Translations under genes and position numbers: made by a program
Part shown: one piece after another, positions 33,382 to 43,560 of the stretch
Numbering within the stretch: the stretch's first letter is position 1
How the letters are laid out: each line of letters opens with the position of its first letter
Notes under the pieces: model-generated
What the model was told of the DNA's origin: nothing
Database searches by the model: none
Seen by the model: the letters and a program-made list of their open reading frames with translations, nothing else
Assembly: GCA_965208105.1 (NCBI GenBank)
Contig: OZ242318.1
Span: forward strand, 736,001 to 800,000
Origin: Candidatus Latescibacterota bacterium
Lineage (GTDB): Bacteria > Latescibacterota > UBA2968 > UBA8231
Direction: 5' to 3'
Length of the DNA: 64,000 nt

Positions 33382-35019
33382 ATGTCCGCATCATACCACG
33401 ACACTTTGGAACACATCCGCCGAGCCTTTCCCCAGCCCGTATCCGACCCCATCCACGATTCCTACTTCGTCCACTCCATCATGCGCGCCCTGGACCAGGT
33501 GGACGGCCTCAAAATGAAGCTGCCGACCCTCGGTCCCGTGATTTCCGGCGACTTCGCCGAGGCCCGTAACGCCGCCATTCCCGCCTCCGTCTCTTCGGTT
33601 GAGGAAGTCACCTCGGACCTTGTGAAGTACCTCCGCGGCATGACCATCTCCAGTCATCCCCATACCCAGCAGAACGTCATCGCGCCGCCGACCATTCCCA
33701 GCCTCATCGCCGTCCTCCTCGCCTCGCTGCACAACCCCAACATCGCCTGGGACGAGTACAGCCGCCTGGTGGCCCTCGCCGAGGTCGAAGCCGTGGGCAT
33801 CACTGCTCGCATGGCCGGCTACGATCCAGAGAAGGCGGGCGGCGCCTTCACCTTCGGCGGCACCGGCACCTCCTTGTACGGGGTCAAAATCGGCCTGGAA
33901 AAGGCCTGTCCGGGTGCCATGCGAAGGGGCGTTTCAGACGAGGCGGCCGTCATTGTTTCGGACGCGGGCCACTACTGCGCCCACAACATCGCCGGATGGC
34001 TCGGAATCGGCACCGACCAGTTGATCACCGTTCCCACCAACGCCGAGAACGAAATCGACCTCGACCTGCTCGCCGAAGCGGCGCGGGAGGCCATTGCCAG
34101 CGGCCGAAAGATCGCCGCCATCATCGCCACCATGGGGACCACCGATGCCTTCGGGCTGGATGATCTGGAGGGGATCGCGGCCCTGCGCGACTCCCTGGTG
34201 GAGGAATTCCAGCTCCCCTACCGACCCCACATTCACGCCGACTCGGTCATCGGCTGGGCATGGTCGGTGTTCAACGACTACGATTTCAAGGAGAACCCTC
34301 TGGGGTTTAGGCCGCGGACCCTGCGCGCTCTCGCCGGGGCCTGCCGCCGCATACGCCACCTGCCCCTGGCCGATTCCCTCGGAGTCGACTTTCACAAAAC
34401 CGGCTATGCTCCCTACATCTCCAGCCTCGTCCTGGTGAAAGAGCGGCAGGACCTGGAATTGCTGATGCGGGATGCGAAGCAGATGCCCTACCTCTATCAC
34501 TTCGGCGACCATCGTCCCGGGATGTTCACCCTCGAGACCTCCCGGGCGGGGACCGGGCCCCTGGCCGCGCTGGCCAACTACCGCCTCCTCGGAGAGCAGG
34601 GGATGCGCGTCGCCCTCGGCCACATCGTGGAGATGACCCAACTCCTGCGCGAGCACCTCGAAGGACACGAATCCATTACCGTGCTCAACCGCGACAACTT
34701 CGGCACCGTTACCCTGTTCCGGGTATATCCCCCCGAGGTGGACACCTTCGCCATCAAGCGCCAGGAATTCGACGATCCCGCCTTCCGCGACAGCCTGCTG
34801 GCACACAACGAATACAACCGCAAGGTCTTCGACTACGTGCACGCCGAGGCCATGGCCGGCCGAGGCATCGTCATTTCCTCCACCGACTGCTACCGCCACA
34901 CCCTCTACCAGGAACCCATCGTCGCCCTGAAATCCTTCATCGTGTCCCCGTTCGTCGACGAAAGCCACGTCCACACCGTGGTGGCAAAGGTCCTGGAAGC
35001 CAGAGAAAAGGTGGCCTGA
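33382..35019 (+). CDS. group II PLP-dependent decarboxylase
   Basis: FTFGGTG, GHY, TMGTT....D, HAD, DFHK (PLP lysine), LETSR. Confidence 0.88.
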   Translation: MSASYHDTLEHIRRAFPQPVSDPIHDSYFVHSIMRALDQVDGLKMKLPTLGPVISGDFAEARNAAIPASVSSVEEVTSDLVKYLRGMTISSHPHTQQNVIAPPTIPSLIAVLLASLHNPNIAWDEYSRLVALAEVEAVGITARMAGYDPEKAGGAFTFGGTGTSLYGVKIGLEKACPGAMRRGVSDEAAVIVSDAGHYCAHNIAGWLGIGTDQLITVPTNAENEIDLDLLAEAAREAIASGRKIAAIIATMGTTDAFGLDDLEGIAALRDSLVEEFQLPYRPHIHADSVIGWAWSVFNDYDFKENPLGFRPRTLRALAGACRRIRHLPLADSLGVDFHKTGYAPYISSLVLVKERQDLELLMRDAKQMPYLYHFGDHRPGMFTLETSRAGTGPLAALANYRLLGEQGMRVALGHIVEMTQLLREHLEGHESITVLNRDNFGTVTLFRVYPPEVDTFAIKRQEFDDPAFRDSLLAHNEYNRKVFDYVHAEAMAGRGIVISSTDCYRHTLYQEPIVALKSFIVSPFVDESHVHTVVAKVLEAREKVA

Positions 35020-35024
35020 AGCTC

Positions 35025-36389
35025 CTACTTCTCTCCGTCAGCCACGGCCTCGCGGATCTCGCGGATGCTGCTCTCGAGCCGGTCCAGGCGCTGGTTGGCG
35101 TCCTTGATGTCTTCTTGAATTTTGCTCACCATACCGGCCTGCTCCTCGAGCTCGTCGGCCTTCAGGGAGTCCTCGTCCTTGACCAGGATGCTGGTCAGGG
35201 TAGCCGTGAACACCCCCACTAGGACCATGCCGGTGATCACCAGGAAAACGGTGAGGATCTTGCCCGAAGCGGTTTCGGGATTGTGGATGTCGGCGTAGCC
35301 GCCGGTGACAAGGGTGGTGAAGCTCCACCAGAGGCTGGGCCCGAATCCCGAGCCGGTCTCCATGCGCTCCAGGCCCATGAAGATGAAGGCGCCGAACAAC
35401 AGCGACAGCAGGCCGTAGAGCAGGGAGCGCTTGAGGAGCCTGACGTCCAGGGTGGAGCTCAGGTGGTCCATGCCGCGCCAGAAGAAAAGCCCGATGCGGA
35501 ACAGCCTCAGCGCCCTCAAGATCCGCACCGCACGGAGCAGCCGGCCCAGGCGCACGATCCCCAGGTCGCCGGAGGCGGCGATGACCTGGACCGGAGGCAG
35601 GGGAATGGAGGTTATGAAGTCGATCCAGTTGTTCTTCCAGTACCACTTCTTGGAGGCGGCGAGACGGTGCTCGAAGAAGAAGTTGGCCATGAAAAGACCG
35701 CAGCACACCACGTCGATGATCCAGAATATCCACAACGTGCTCACCGGGAAGTGCGGCAGGACCTCCACGACGGGCTCGGCATAGTTCTCCCCGCCGTCGA
35801 TGATCTTCACCTGCGCCAGCCTGCCATCCACCACTTCTCCCGAGGCCAGAGCGTGGGAGCCTTGCTCATCGGCAATGTGAATGTTCACCCGCTCATACCC
35901 TTCTCCCCCGTTCACGATGGCGATGCGGGATATCCTTCCATCCTTCACTTCGGCGGTTGCAACCGCACCCCCGCCGGCGGCCCCGATGCCGAGAAGGTCG
36001 ACGACCAGAATCGTAACCAGGAAGAGAATGAGGAAGAAGATGATCAGGTCCTTGACCCTCACCCGGGCGGCGCTGCCCAGAACCCTGGCCTGCTCCTCGA
36101 AGAGATGTTTCTTCTGGCGCGCCTGCTCGAGCACCCTGACCTTGTCCAGCAATTTCTCCTTTTCCTCGTTCAGCCTGGAGATCCGCCCTTCGGCCTTGTC
36201 GAGGTTCAGCTCGTACTGGCCGTGCCTCTTGATCAGACTGACCGTTTCAACTTCTCCGGTCATGGCGTCGATCGCCTTTTCTTCGGCCGATAGCTGCAGG
36301 TCGATCCGCTCGATCTCCTGCATTACCACGTCCTTCATCCGGGTAATGCGTTCGAGGGAGCAGGATTCCAGTCGCTTCAAGAATGACAT
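35025..36389 (-). CDS. 6-TM voltage-gated cation channel-like protein
   Basis: WIDFITSIP (S3), RLGRLLRAVRILRALRLFR (S4), WWSFTTLVTGGYAD pore, S6 and C-terminal coiled coil. Confidence 0.85.
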   Translation of the reverse strand: MSFLKRLESCSLERITRMKDVVMQEIERIDLQLSAEEKAIDAMTGEVETVSLIKRHGQYELNLDKAEGRISRLNEEKEKLLDKVRVLEQARQKKHLFEEQARVLGSAARVRVKDLIIFFLILFLVTILVVDLLGIGAAGGGAVATAEVKDGRISRIAIVNGGEGYERVNIHIADEQGSHALASGEVVDGRLAQVKIIDGGENYAEPVVEVLPHFPVSTLWIFWIIDVVCCGLFMANFFFEHRLAASKKWYWKNNWIDFITSIPLPPVQVIAASGDLGIVRLGRLLRAVRILRALRLFRIGLFFWRGMDHLSSTLDVRLLKRSLLYGLLSLLFGAFIFMGLERMETGSGFGPSLWWSFTTLVTGGYADIHNPETASGKILTVFLVITGMVLVGVFTATLTSILVKDEDSLKADELEEQAGMVSKIQEDIKDANQRLDRLESSIREIREAVADGEK

Positions 36390-36529
36390 TGCGGTCTACT
36401 CTGACTCCGGTTCAGGCTCGGTTCGAGACCGGGTGCGCTTCGAGCAGGATTGCTGGGTATGACTGCTATGTAAGAATAAAATAACAGGGATGGGAGAATG
36501 GGGAAAGAACAGGGCGCCCGGGAGCTCGG

Positions 36530-37465
36530 TCATCCACCGTTCAAGGTGGCGCAGGCGAGGGCGAGGATGGCATCGGGCGCCTGCCAGAACCCCGACCAGC
36601 TCCGGCCTCCATCCTCACTGCGATAGAGCCGGTCTTCGACAGCCGCCCACGCGGTCCCCCCGGCGTCGAAAGCGAGGTGGAAGGTATCGATATTGCCCCT
36701 GACCTCGGGGAACCCGGCGACCGCCCGGGTCCAGGTGCGGGCGGCGTCGCCGGAGAAATAGAGCTGGCCCTTCACGTCACCTCGGCCGCCGGGCCCGAGG
36801 CTGACGCTGGCCAGCAGGCAGTCGGAATCGCGCGGGTGGACCGCGACGGCGCGGCCGTAGCGGTTTTCCAGTCCCTCGGCGCGATGTTCCCAGGAATAGC
36901 CGTAGTCGTCGCTGACGAATACCGCGTCAGCGGTGTTGGCGTAGAGGCGCCCTTCGGTGCCGGGAGCGGCGGCCACTTGATGCACGTCAGGGTGCAGGTC
37001 GGGTGTCACCGGCTCCCAGGTGGCGCCGAGGTCGGGCGAGCGCATGATGCTGCCCACGTGGATGTCGGCGAAGACCCAGTCCCCGCTGCGCGCCAGGCTG
37101 CGCACCGCCGGAGGGCCGCCCCAGGGGGTAAACCAGGTGCTGCGGCAGTCCAGGGCGTCGAAGGACTCCAACCGCTGTGCCGGCCCTTCTTCTCCGTCGA
37201 GGAGGTAGAGGTGGGGCGGCTCGGTGCCCAGCAGCACCTGCAGGGGATCCTCGGACACAAGCGCCATGCACTCCACCGGGCCGTCCATGCCGGTCGCCCT
37301 CGTTTGGGAGCGGCTGCCGGCGAGAACAACCACCTGGCCGGCGGCCAGGCCGACGGCGGAGGAGCGGACGCCCTCGGCGAGGCAGCGGATGCCCTCGCAG
37401 GTCAGGATTGGGATGGGGGTTCCCTCCTCCAACGAGAATACCCGGGTGCTGGTGGCTATGAGCAC
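36530..37465 (-). CDS. BNR/Asp-box beta-propeller protein
   Basis: S.D.G.TW repeats; HVG and DVH motifs; GTG start after AGGAGG. Confidence 0.8.
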   Translation of the reverse strand: MLIATSTRVFSLEEGTPIPILTCEGIRCLAEGVRSSAVGLAAGQVVVLAGSRSQTRATGMDGPVECMALVSEDPLQVLLGTEPPHLYLLDGEEGPAQRLESFDALDCRSTWFTPWGGPPAVRSLARSGDWVFADIHVGSIMRSPDLGATWEPVTPDLHPDVHQVAAAPGTEGRLYANTADAVFVSDDYGYSWEHRAEGLENRYGRAVAVHPRDSDCLLASVSLGPGGRGDVKGQLYFSGDAARTWTRAVAGFPEVRGNIDTFHLAFDAGGTAWAAVEDRLYRSEDGGRSWSGFWQAPDAILALACATLNGG

Positions 37466-37720
37466 GGCCGTCCTCCTTGCCAAGGTTCCGAAAAGCCGAA
37501 CCCGCCGGCCCTCGGCAAGACGCCCCGGGGCCGGCGGGTTCGGTAGCAGCCTGTTGCCCCTATGAAACCAAGCTCTCCTCCCCATGTCAAGCCCGCATTG
37601 CGTCCACTGGATGGGATCTGACTCCAACAATCCAGATTCCCCCGGCTTATCCGCCTGCTGGCATGGCCGGCCCTGCATGGTTAGATTGCACACCCTGCCA
37701 CATTCCAAGGAGGACAGGCC

Positions 37721-38131
37721 GTGAAAACCCCCACCCTGCTCGTCGTCCTGGCGGTCTTGGGGATCTCTTGTTCCCCCCTGACCACGAAGACCGATATGGT
37801 CTTCGATCCCCTGCCCGAGGGTCCCGCCACCTTCGACCTGGTGCAAAAGACCGTATTCAACGGCTCCTGCGCTCTGAGTGGCTGCCATCGAAACAACGTC
37901 GCCCCAGACCTTTCGGCGGGCAGGTCCTACGCCGCCATCGTCGACGTGAGGAGCAGCCGCCGCATGGCCCTGGTGGAGCCCGGCGATGCGGACAACAGCT
38001 ACCTATATCTCAAAGTCATTGCGGACGCCGAGATCTCCGGGCGCCGAATGCCTCCCGGTGGACCGTACCTTAGCGCCGAGGAGATCGAACTGGTGCGCGC
38101 CTGGATAGAACGGGGCGCTCCCGACGACTGA
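37721..38131 (+). CDS. lipoprotein cytochrome c with CX4CH motif
   Basis: Lipobox GISC; SCALSGCH; VEPGDADNSYL; RMPP (distal Met); WIERGA. Confidence 0.75.
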   Translation: MKTPTLLVVLAVLGISCSPLTTKTDMVFDPLPEGPATFDLVQKTVFNGSCALSGCHRNNVAPDLSAGRSYAAIVDVRSSRRMALVEPGDADNSYLYLKVIADAEISGRRMPPGGPYLSAEEIELVRAWIERGAPDD

Positions 38132-38180
38132 TCGGTATTCGGACTGCCCGCCTCCCGCCAGACCAATTTTGGAAAAACTC

Positions 38181-38756
38181 ATGTGCCGATTTATTCCCGT
38201 GCTCATCTGCCTGCCCATCGCGGTCTTCGGAGTTGAATGGCAGGTGGACAAGAATGCCGCCGACAACAAGGTGAAGTTCACTTCCAAGGTGGCGGGCTTC
38301 GCCTTCTCGGGCGTCACCGACCGGATCGACGGCTTCATCTACCGGGAAGAAGCGCCTGTCTTCGCAACCGGGAACCAGCTTCACTTCGAGGTGGACCTGG
38401 CCAGCTTCGCCACCGGCATTGGCAAGCGCGACCGGGACATGCGCCAGGTGCTGGACACCGACAGGTGGCCGAAGGCGGTGTTCAAGGGGGAAATCGCCGG
38501 GCACGCCGCGGTGGATTCGAGCGTGGCCGCCCATCGCCTCCAGACCAAAGGGATCCTTTCGCTGCACGGAGTGGACCGCGCCGTGGAAGTTCCCGGCACC
38601 TGGGTAGTGGTGGATGAAGGGAGAGCCAGGGTCCAGGCCTCCTTCACCCTGGAGCTGGCCGACCACCGCATCGAGGCGCCTTCCCTGGCGGCCTTCGTCA
38701 AGGTGAGCCAGGAGATTGCCCTCGAAGTTGCGTTCCACCTGAAGCAGGTCAAATGA
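38181..38756 (+). CDS. YceI family lipid/polyisoprenoid-binding protein
   Basis: TGIGKRDRDM..L.T..WP...F, G.LSLHGV. Confidence 0.9.
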   Translation: MCRFIPVLICLPIAVFGVEWQVDKNAADNKVKFTSKVAGFAFSGVTDRIDGFIYREEAPVFATGNQLHFEVDLASFATGIGKRDRDMRQVLDTDRWPKAVFKGEIAGHAAVDSSVAAHRLQTKGILSLHGVDRAVEVPGTWVVVDEGRARVQASFTLELADHRIEAPSLAAFVKVSQEIALEVAFHLKQVK

Positions 38757-39646
38757 GAAAGGAGGTATGGACCGTGAATTTCCGCGCCATTTGCATCGCC
38801 GCTCTTTGTGGAGGGCTGTCGCCCTCCCTGGCCGCTGCCCAGCCGTCGTGGCAGGCCAGCGCGACTGCCGCCCCTGCCAGAGTCGAGCTCTTCCGCGCCA
38901 TCAGGACGGCCAACTACCCCACCACCGAAACCCTGTACCGGGGCGACTTCCACTACGAGATTTCGCACCGCTTCCTGCCTGCCATCGAGGAGGGCTACAG
39001 GGCGAACTTCGGGTTCGACGGTCCGGCCAACATCCGCACCTCCCTCAGCTACGGTCTCAGCGACCGCCTGATGGCCACCCTGGGAAGGAGCAACGTGCTG
39101 GACAATCTGGACCTGCAGCTGCAGTACCGCTGGCTGCAGGTCCCCCAGGCGACCGCACCCCTGGTCCTGGCCCTCAACGCCGGTCTGGCCTGGAACACGG
39201 ACATGCCGGCCTACGTCAAGCGCGGCGCCGCCTCCCGCGACAATCTGCAGTACTACTTCCAGCTCGTGGTCAATACCCTGGTGCAGGAAAGGCTGGGACT
39301 GGGGCTGGTACCTTCCTACCTGCACAACAGCTCCATCTTCAGCGTCGACAGGCAATACACCATCACCCTGGGGACCTACGTCCACTACTACTTCGACCGC
39401 ATGTGGGGCGTCTGGGTCGAGTACAGTCCTACCCTGGCCGGGTACCAGGGAATCATCCAGCGCCAACCGGGCCGCTCCCACAACTCCCTCGCCTGGGGCC
39501 TGTCGCTGGATACCGGGGGCCATACCTTCTACGTTTTCGCCACCAACAATACCCGCCTGAGCCCCGCCCAGTACCTGGTTGGAGCTCCGGACAACGCCGC
39601 CCCGGCAAACTGGCGCCTGGGCTTCGGGATTACCCGCTTTCTGTAA
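38753..39646 (+). CDS. outer-membrane beta-barrel (DUF5777-like)
   Basis: ISHRF, FGFDGPANIR....YG, DTGGH.F....TN and GF.ITR C-terminus. Confidence 0.75.
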   Translation: MRKEVWTVNFRAICIAALCGGLSPSLAAAQPSWQASATAAPARVELFRAIRTANYPTTETLYRGDFHYEISHRFLPAIEEGYRANFGFDGPANIRTSLSYGLSDRLMATLGRSNVLDNLDLQLQYRWLQVPQATAPLVLALNAGLAWNTDMPAYVKRGAASRDNLQYYFQLVVNTLVQERLGLGLVPSYLHNSSIFSVDRQYTITLGTYVHYYFDRMWGVWVEYSPTLAGYQGIIQRQPGRSHNSLAWGLSLDTGGHTFYVFATNNTRLSPAQYLVGAPDNAAPANWRLGFGITRFL

Positions 39647-39743
39647 GCTCCGGCACCGTGAGAAGCCCGGGGACTCCCGGTTGACAGTGCGGGCGGCGGC
39701 GGTCTAATTTTGGGCTCCAATCATCAGCGAAAGGAGCGATGCA

Positions 39744-40298
39744 ATGCCCGATGTAATCGTGGTGGGGGATGGTCCGGGTGGATTGAGCGCGGCCCTCTTC
39801 CTGGCAAAAAACGACATGAGCGTAACCGTCTTCGGCCAAAACGAGACCCTGATGCACAAGGCCATGCTCTACAATTACCTGGGAATCCCCAAGATCGAGG
39901 GGCCCGAGTTCCAGCGCATCGGCCGCGAGCAGGTGCGCGGCTTCGGAGGCCGGATCGAGGACATCGAAATCAGCCGGGTCGAAAGGAGCGCTGACGGGTT
40001 TGCGGTGGAGACCGCCGACGGGGGCAGCCACCATGCCCGCTATCTCATTCTGGCCACCGGGCCCAGCAACCCCCTGGCGGAAAGCCTGGGGGTGGCCAAG
40101 GGCTCGGAGGGGCTGGAGGCCGACCGCAACGGCCGGACCGGTGTGGATGGGCTCTACGTCCTGGGATGGAGCAGCCGCCTCAAGAAGATCCAGGCGATCA
40201 TCTCCGCCGGCGACGGGGCCTGCGCCGCCCTGGACATCCTCTCGGCCAGGGCCGGAGAGGATATGCACGACTTCGATCTGATCGCAGACGAGGCTTAG
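39744..40298 (+). CDS. short FAD-dependent oxidoreductase (TrxB-like FAD domain only)
   Basis: GDGPGGLSAA, NYLG, LATG, QAIISAGDG; lacks CxxC and the NADPH domain. Confidence 0.85.
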   Translation: MPDVIVVGDGPGGLSAALFLAKNDMSVTVFGQNETLMHKAMLYNYLGIPKIEGPEFQRIGREQVRGFGGRIEDIEISRVERSADGFAVETADGGSHHARYLILATGPSNPLAESLGVAKGSEGLEADRNGRTGVDGLYVLGWSSRLKKIQAIISAGDGACAALDILSARAGEDMHDFDLIADEA

Positions 40299-41263
40299 TC
40301 CTGGAACGAAAGGACCCGACCTCCATGGGCCGAGCGGGTGGCGGCCAGGGTCAGCTCCAGGGTGCGGACCGCTTCGGCGTAGTCGCAGCGGATCTCCCCC
40401 GCATCACCGGACTGCACCGCATCGATGAAGGCACTGTCCTCGGCGCGCGTCGGATCGTTGCCGAGCTCGACCACCTCGCGGCCATCCGGGCGCTCGATGG
40501 TGAGGGAGCCTGGGTCGAGGCGCAAAACCTGGCTGCGCTGGTAGAGGTCCAGGCCGACGTGCCCGCCCGCGGTGAGCATGCAGGCCGAGGTGATGCTGGC
40601 CACCGCGCCGCTTTGAAAGCGCAGATTGGTGACGGAGGCGTCGTGCACATCGTAGTTTTCCACCTCCTGCATCAGGCCGCTGCGCGCCATGGCGTGAACA
40701 TCGGTGACCTCGCCGAGCAGATAGCGGGCAAGGTCGAAAATGTGGGTGGTCTGCTCCACCATCTGACCGCCGCTCTCGGCCAGGACCCGCCACCAGGAGA
40801 CCCCGGGCATGCCTCCCATCCAGGCGCCGAGAGCATAGCCCACCGGCTCGTCCCCGAGACACTCGGCGGCGCGCTCGGTGGTGTCCATGTAGCGCCAATG
40901 GTAGCCCACTGCGCTCGGCAGATTTTTCTCCGCGATCGCCGCGGCGATGCGGCGCGCCCTGTGCAGCGAGGTGGCCACCGGCTTTTCGACGAAGATGGGA
41001 AGGCCGCGCTCGATGGCTGCAAGCTCCTGCTCCTGGTGGGCAAAGGGGGGCAGGCAGATGAACACGGCGTCCAGATCCCCACCGTCGTACATGTCTTCGC
41101 AGCGGCCATAGGCCTTCCCTCCGTAGGTCGCGGCCGCTTCCCGCGCCTTCTCCTCCACCACGTCGCTGAAGGCCACCATCTCGGCGGCGTCGATGGCGGC
41201 CAGGGTCCGCATGTGGTGGTTGGCGATGCCGCCGGCGCCCACGAATCCTATTTTTACCGTCAT
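40295..41263 (-). CDS. Gfo/Idh/MocA oxidoreductase
   Basis: GAGGIA, EKP, GG..VEQ.TH.FD. Confidence 0.92.
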   Translation of the reverse strand: MTVKIGFVGAGGIANHHMRTLAAIDAAEMVAFSDVVEEKAREAAATYGGKAYGRCEDMYDGGDLDAVFICLPPFAHQEQELAAIERGLPIFVEKPVATSLHRARRIAAAIAEKNLPSAVGYHWRYMDTTERAAECLGDEPVGYALGAWMGGMPGVSWWRVLAESGGQMVEQTTHIFDLARYLLGEVTDVHAMARSGLMQEVENYDVHDASVTNLRFQSGAVASITSACMLTAGGHVGLDLYQRSQVLRLDPGSLTIERPDGREVVELGNDPTRAEDSAFIDAVQSGDAGEIRCDYAEAVRTLELTLAATRSAHGGRVLSFQD

Positions 41264-41368
41264 GAATAACTCCTGTGAACGATGGGTGAAATACCGGCGC
41301 GAGCGCATCCGGAGCCGCGCCCGGTGGATGGCATGGTATGGCCGCCCACCAGGGCTGTCAAGTCAGCC

Positions 41369-42130
41369 ATGGAGATGAAGACCGCACCGACCTCATCACC
41401 TGGGGGCCGACTGAAGGACTACAAGGCCCATTACCGGGCGGACGCCGAGGCCATCGTCGACCCGAGCGCCCTGGAATCCGGGCGGCGCGCCTCGGAGCAA
41501 CGCCGGCTGGAAACCCTGGTCCGCATGCTCGCTCCGCGCCGCGGCGAGCGCGTCCTCGACATCGGCTGCGGATCGGGCTGGCTGGGGGCGTGCTGCCAGC
41601 CCCGCGGAGCCAGGGTCTGCGCCATGGACATCGGCAGGGTGGGGGTTTCCGGCGCCAGGGCGCGCTTCCCGGAGGCGGCCTCCTACCAGGTCGGAGACGT
41701 CTACCACCTTCCCTTCGCGGCGGAGAGCTTCACAGCCGTGGCCCTGTCCGAGGTAATCGAACATCTGGAGGACATTGACGCGGCCCTGGCCGAGGCGCGC
41801 CGGGTCCTGCTCCCGGGGGGAAGGATGGTGGTGAGTGTTCCCTACCGCGAGACCATCGTCGAGCACCTGTGCATCCACTGCAACAGGCCGACCCCGGCCA
41901 ACGCCCACCTCCACCGCTTCGACCGCGAGGCCCTGGCCTCCTGCCTCGAGCGCCAGGGCCTGGAAATCAGGGCGGTGCGGCTGATGACCAACAAGCTCCT
42001 GGAGCTGGCCGGCTTCCCCCGCCTCAGCACCGGCTGGCCCTACCCGGCCTGGCGCCTCGCCGACGCGATCCTCAACAGGATCCTGCCGAAGCCGGCCTTT
42101 CTCTGCATGCTCGGCATACGCCCCGAATGA
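41369..42130 (+). CDS. class I SAM-dependent methyltransferase
   Basis: VLDIGCGSG, GD...LPF, SEVIEHL, RVLLPGG; CIHC motif. Confidence 0.9.
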   Translation: MEMKTAPTSSPGGRLKDYKAHYRADAEAIVDPSALESGRRASEQRRLETLVRMLAPRRGERVLDIGCGSGWLGACCQPRGARVCAMDIGRVGVSGARARFPEAASYQVGDVYHLPFAAESFTAVALSEVIEHLEDIDAALAEARRVLLPGGRMVVSVPYRETIVEHLCIHCNRPTPANAHLHRFDREALASCLERQGLEIRAVRLMTNKLLELAGFPRLSTGWPYPAWRLADAILNRILPKPAFLCMLGIRPE

Positions 42131-42275
42131 CCCGCGGCCCCGGCCACCGCGCCGGACCACCCGCCCACGCTGCGGATGCGGGCGGAGCCAGGAAACCAGG
42201 GACAGGCCGGGCGATAGGAGAAAAATCAGGCCATACCCTCCCTTCCGGAAGTGCATCTCGAACAAGGAGAAAACC

Positions 42276-42905
42276 ATGCCAGCTCTCGCCGCCCTTTTCC
42301 GCTTGACCGCAGTGGGCAGCCGGGCAGTCGTAAGCAAATGGACAACCACTGGCCAACGTCCTCGCCCGCCGAGATCTGCATGGTCGGTAACGATGTTGTT
42401 CGCCGTCTCCCTGTCTTTCGCATCTTCGTGCGGCCGGGACGACCCCGTGCAACCGACGGGCGCCGAGGAAGAGCAACGGATCAAGGCGGAGCTGGAGAAT
42501 CGTTCCTTTCGCCAGTTCGATCCATCCAGGGACGCCAGCCCGAGAAAGGGAGTTGTGCTCGATTTCTTCAGCGGGGTTCAACTGTGGGCACAGTACGCCA
42601 GGGACGGCAGGGCGGTGAACGAGTGGGAAATCGGCGCGGCTGACTATCGGATCGAAAAGGGCAGGAATTTCAAATTCTCGAATCCGGAATACATAATTCA
42701 TTTCGACCAGCCGTCTTCAGCGCAGGAGTTCCCTTCCCGCTGCGACAACTGTATTCCGTCCGAGGGCTTCACCATTTCGGTCAGAAATGTTTTCGACAGC
42801 GAAAAAATAACCTTCAAGCTGAACGACTCCGGCAACAGTCTGCCTCCACCTTTCCCCGTTTTTGGTTCCTGGACCCGATTCAGGGAGGATGAGTATTTCG
42901 AGTGA
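42276..42905 (+). CDS. hypothetical lipoprotein
   Basis: AAGGAG SD; lipobox-like ASSC. Start uncertain; no family recognised. Confidence 0.55.
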   Translation: MPALAALFRLTAVGSRAVVSKWTTTGQRPRPPRSAWSVTMLFAVSLSFASSCGRDDPVQPTGAEEEQRIKAELENRSFRQFDPSRDASPRKGVVLDFFSGVQLWAQYARDGRAVNEWEIGAADYRIEKGRNFKFSNPEYIIHFDQPSSAQEFPSRCDNCIPSEGFTISVRNVFDSEKITFKLNDSGNSLPPPFPVFGSWTRFREDEYFE

Positions 42906-42973
42906 ACTCGGCCAGTTGGATGGACGCGATTCAGTGTTGCCACCAAACCCTGTCAGGATGGAGATCCGGCGCC

Positions 42974-43168
42974 TGCGAATTCGACCAGGCCGCCGAACGC
43001 TGTCCGATTTTCCCGGGGCGCGGCCGGGTGGTCCACCTGGTTTTCGACGACCCGCCGAAGCTTGCCCAGAATGCCCGCGGCAGGGAGGAAACGCTGGCCC
43101 TCTACCGGCGGGTGCGCGACGAGACAGGCGCCTTCATCGAGACCTTGCCGGAGGGATTGGAGGACTGA
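42974..43168 (+). pseudogene. arsC: 3' remnant of a thioredoxin-coupled arsenate reductase (ArsC/LMW-PTP)
   Basis: A.ERCPIFPG...H..FDDP......YRRVRDE...F; the N-terminal CX5R loop is absent. Confidence 0.75.
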
Positions 43169-43263
43169 GCCCGGGGACATGTGCTCCTGTTTCGCCTCCC
43201 GCGCGATGATTATCTGCTCTTGAAGAAAGATGGATTCCGCCACTTCGAGGCAAGTCCTCCCTC

Positions 43264-43560
43264 CTATCCCCCATCTTCCAGGAGCGCCGCGGCGATCTCC
43301 TCCCACTCGGCGGCGAGGGGCGCCTTGCTGTGGGGCTTGCCGGCGCGGCGGTACCAGTAGCCGGCGTTGCTTTCGTCCCCCTCCACCCGGTGCAGGTAGG
43401 CATGGACCCAGGCCCCGTCGGGATCGGGGGCCTGCTGGGCGAGTTCATGGGCCCTGTCCCACTGGCCCCGGGCTTCGTACCAGAGAGCGGCCAGGGCATG
43501 GACGGTCCCGGCGGGCGGCTCGTCCCGGGCGGTGCTCTCCCTGAAGGTTGCAAGATTCAT
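43264..43560 (-). CDS. conserved hypothetical helical protein
   Basis: WDRAH..AQ.....AWVHAYLHRVEGD..NAGYWY..AG signature. Confidence 0.8.
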   Translation of the reverse strand: MNLATFRESTARDEPPAGTVHALAALWYEARGQWDRAHELAQQAPDPDGAWVHAYLHRVEGDESNAGYWYRRAGKPHSKAPLAAEWEEIAAALLEDGG

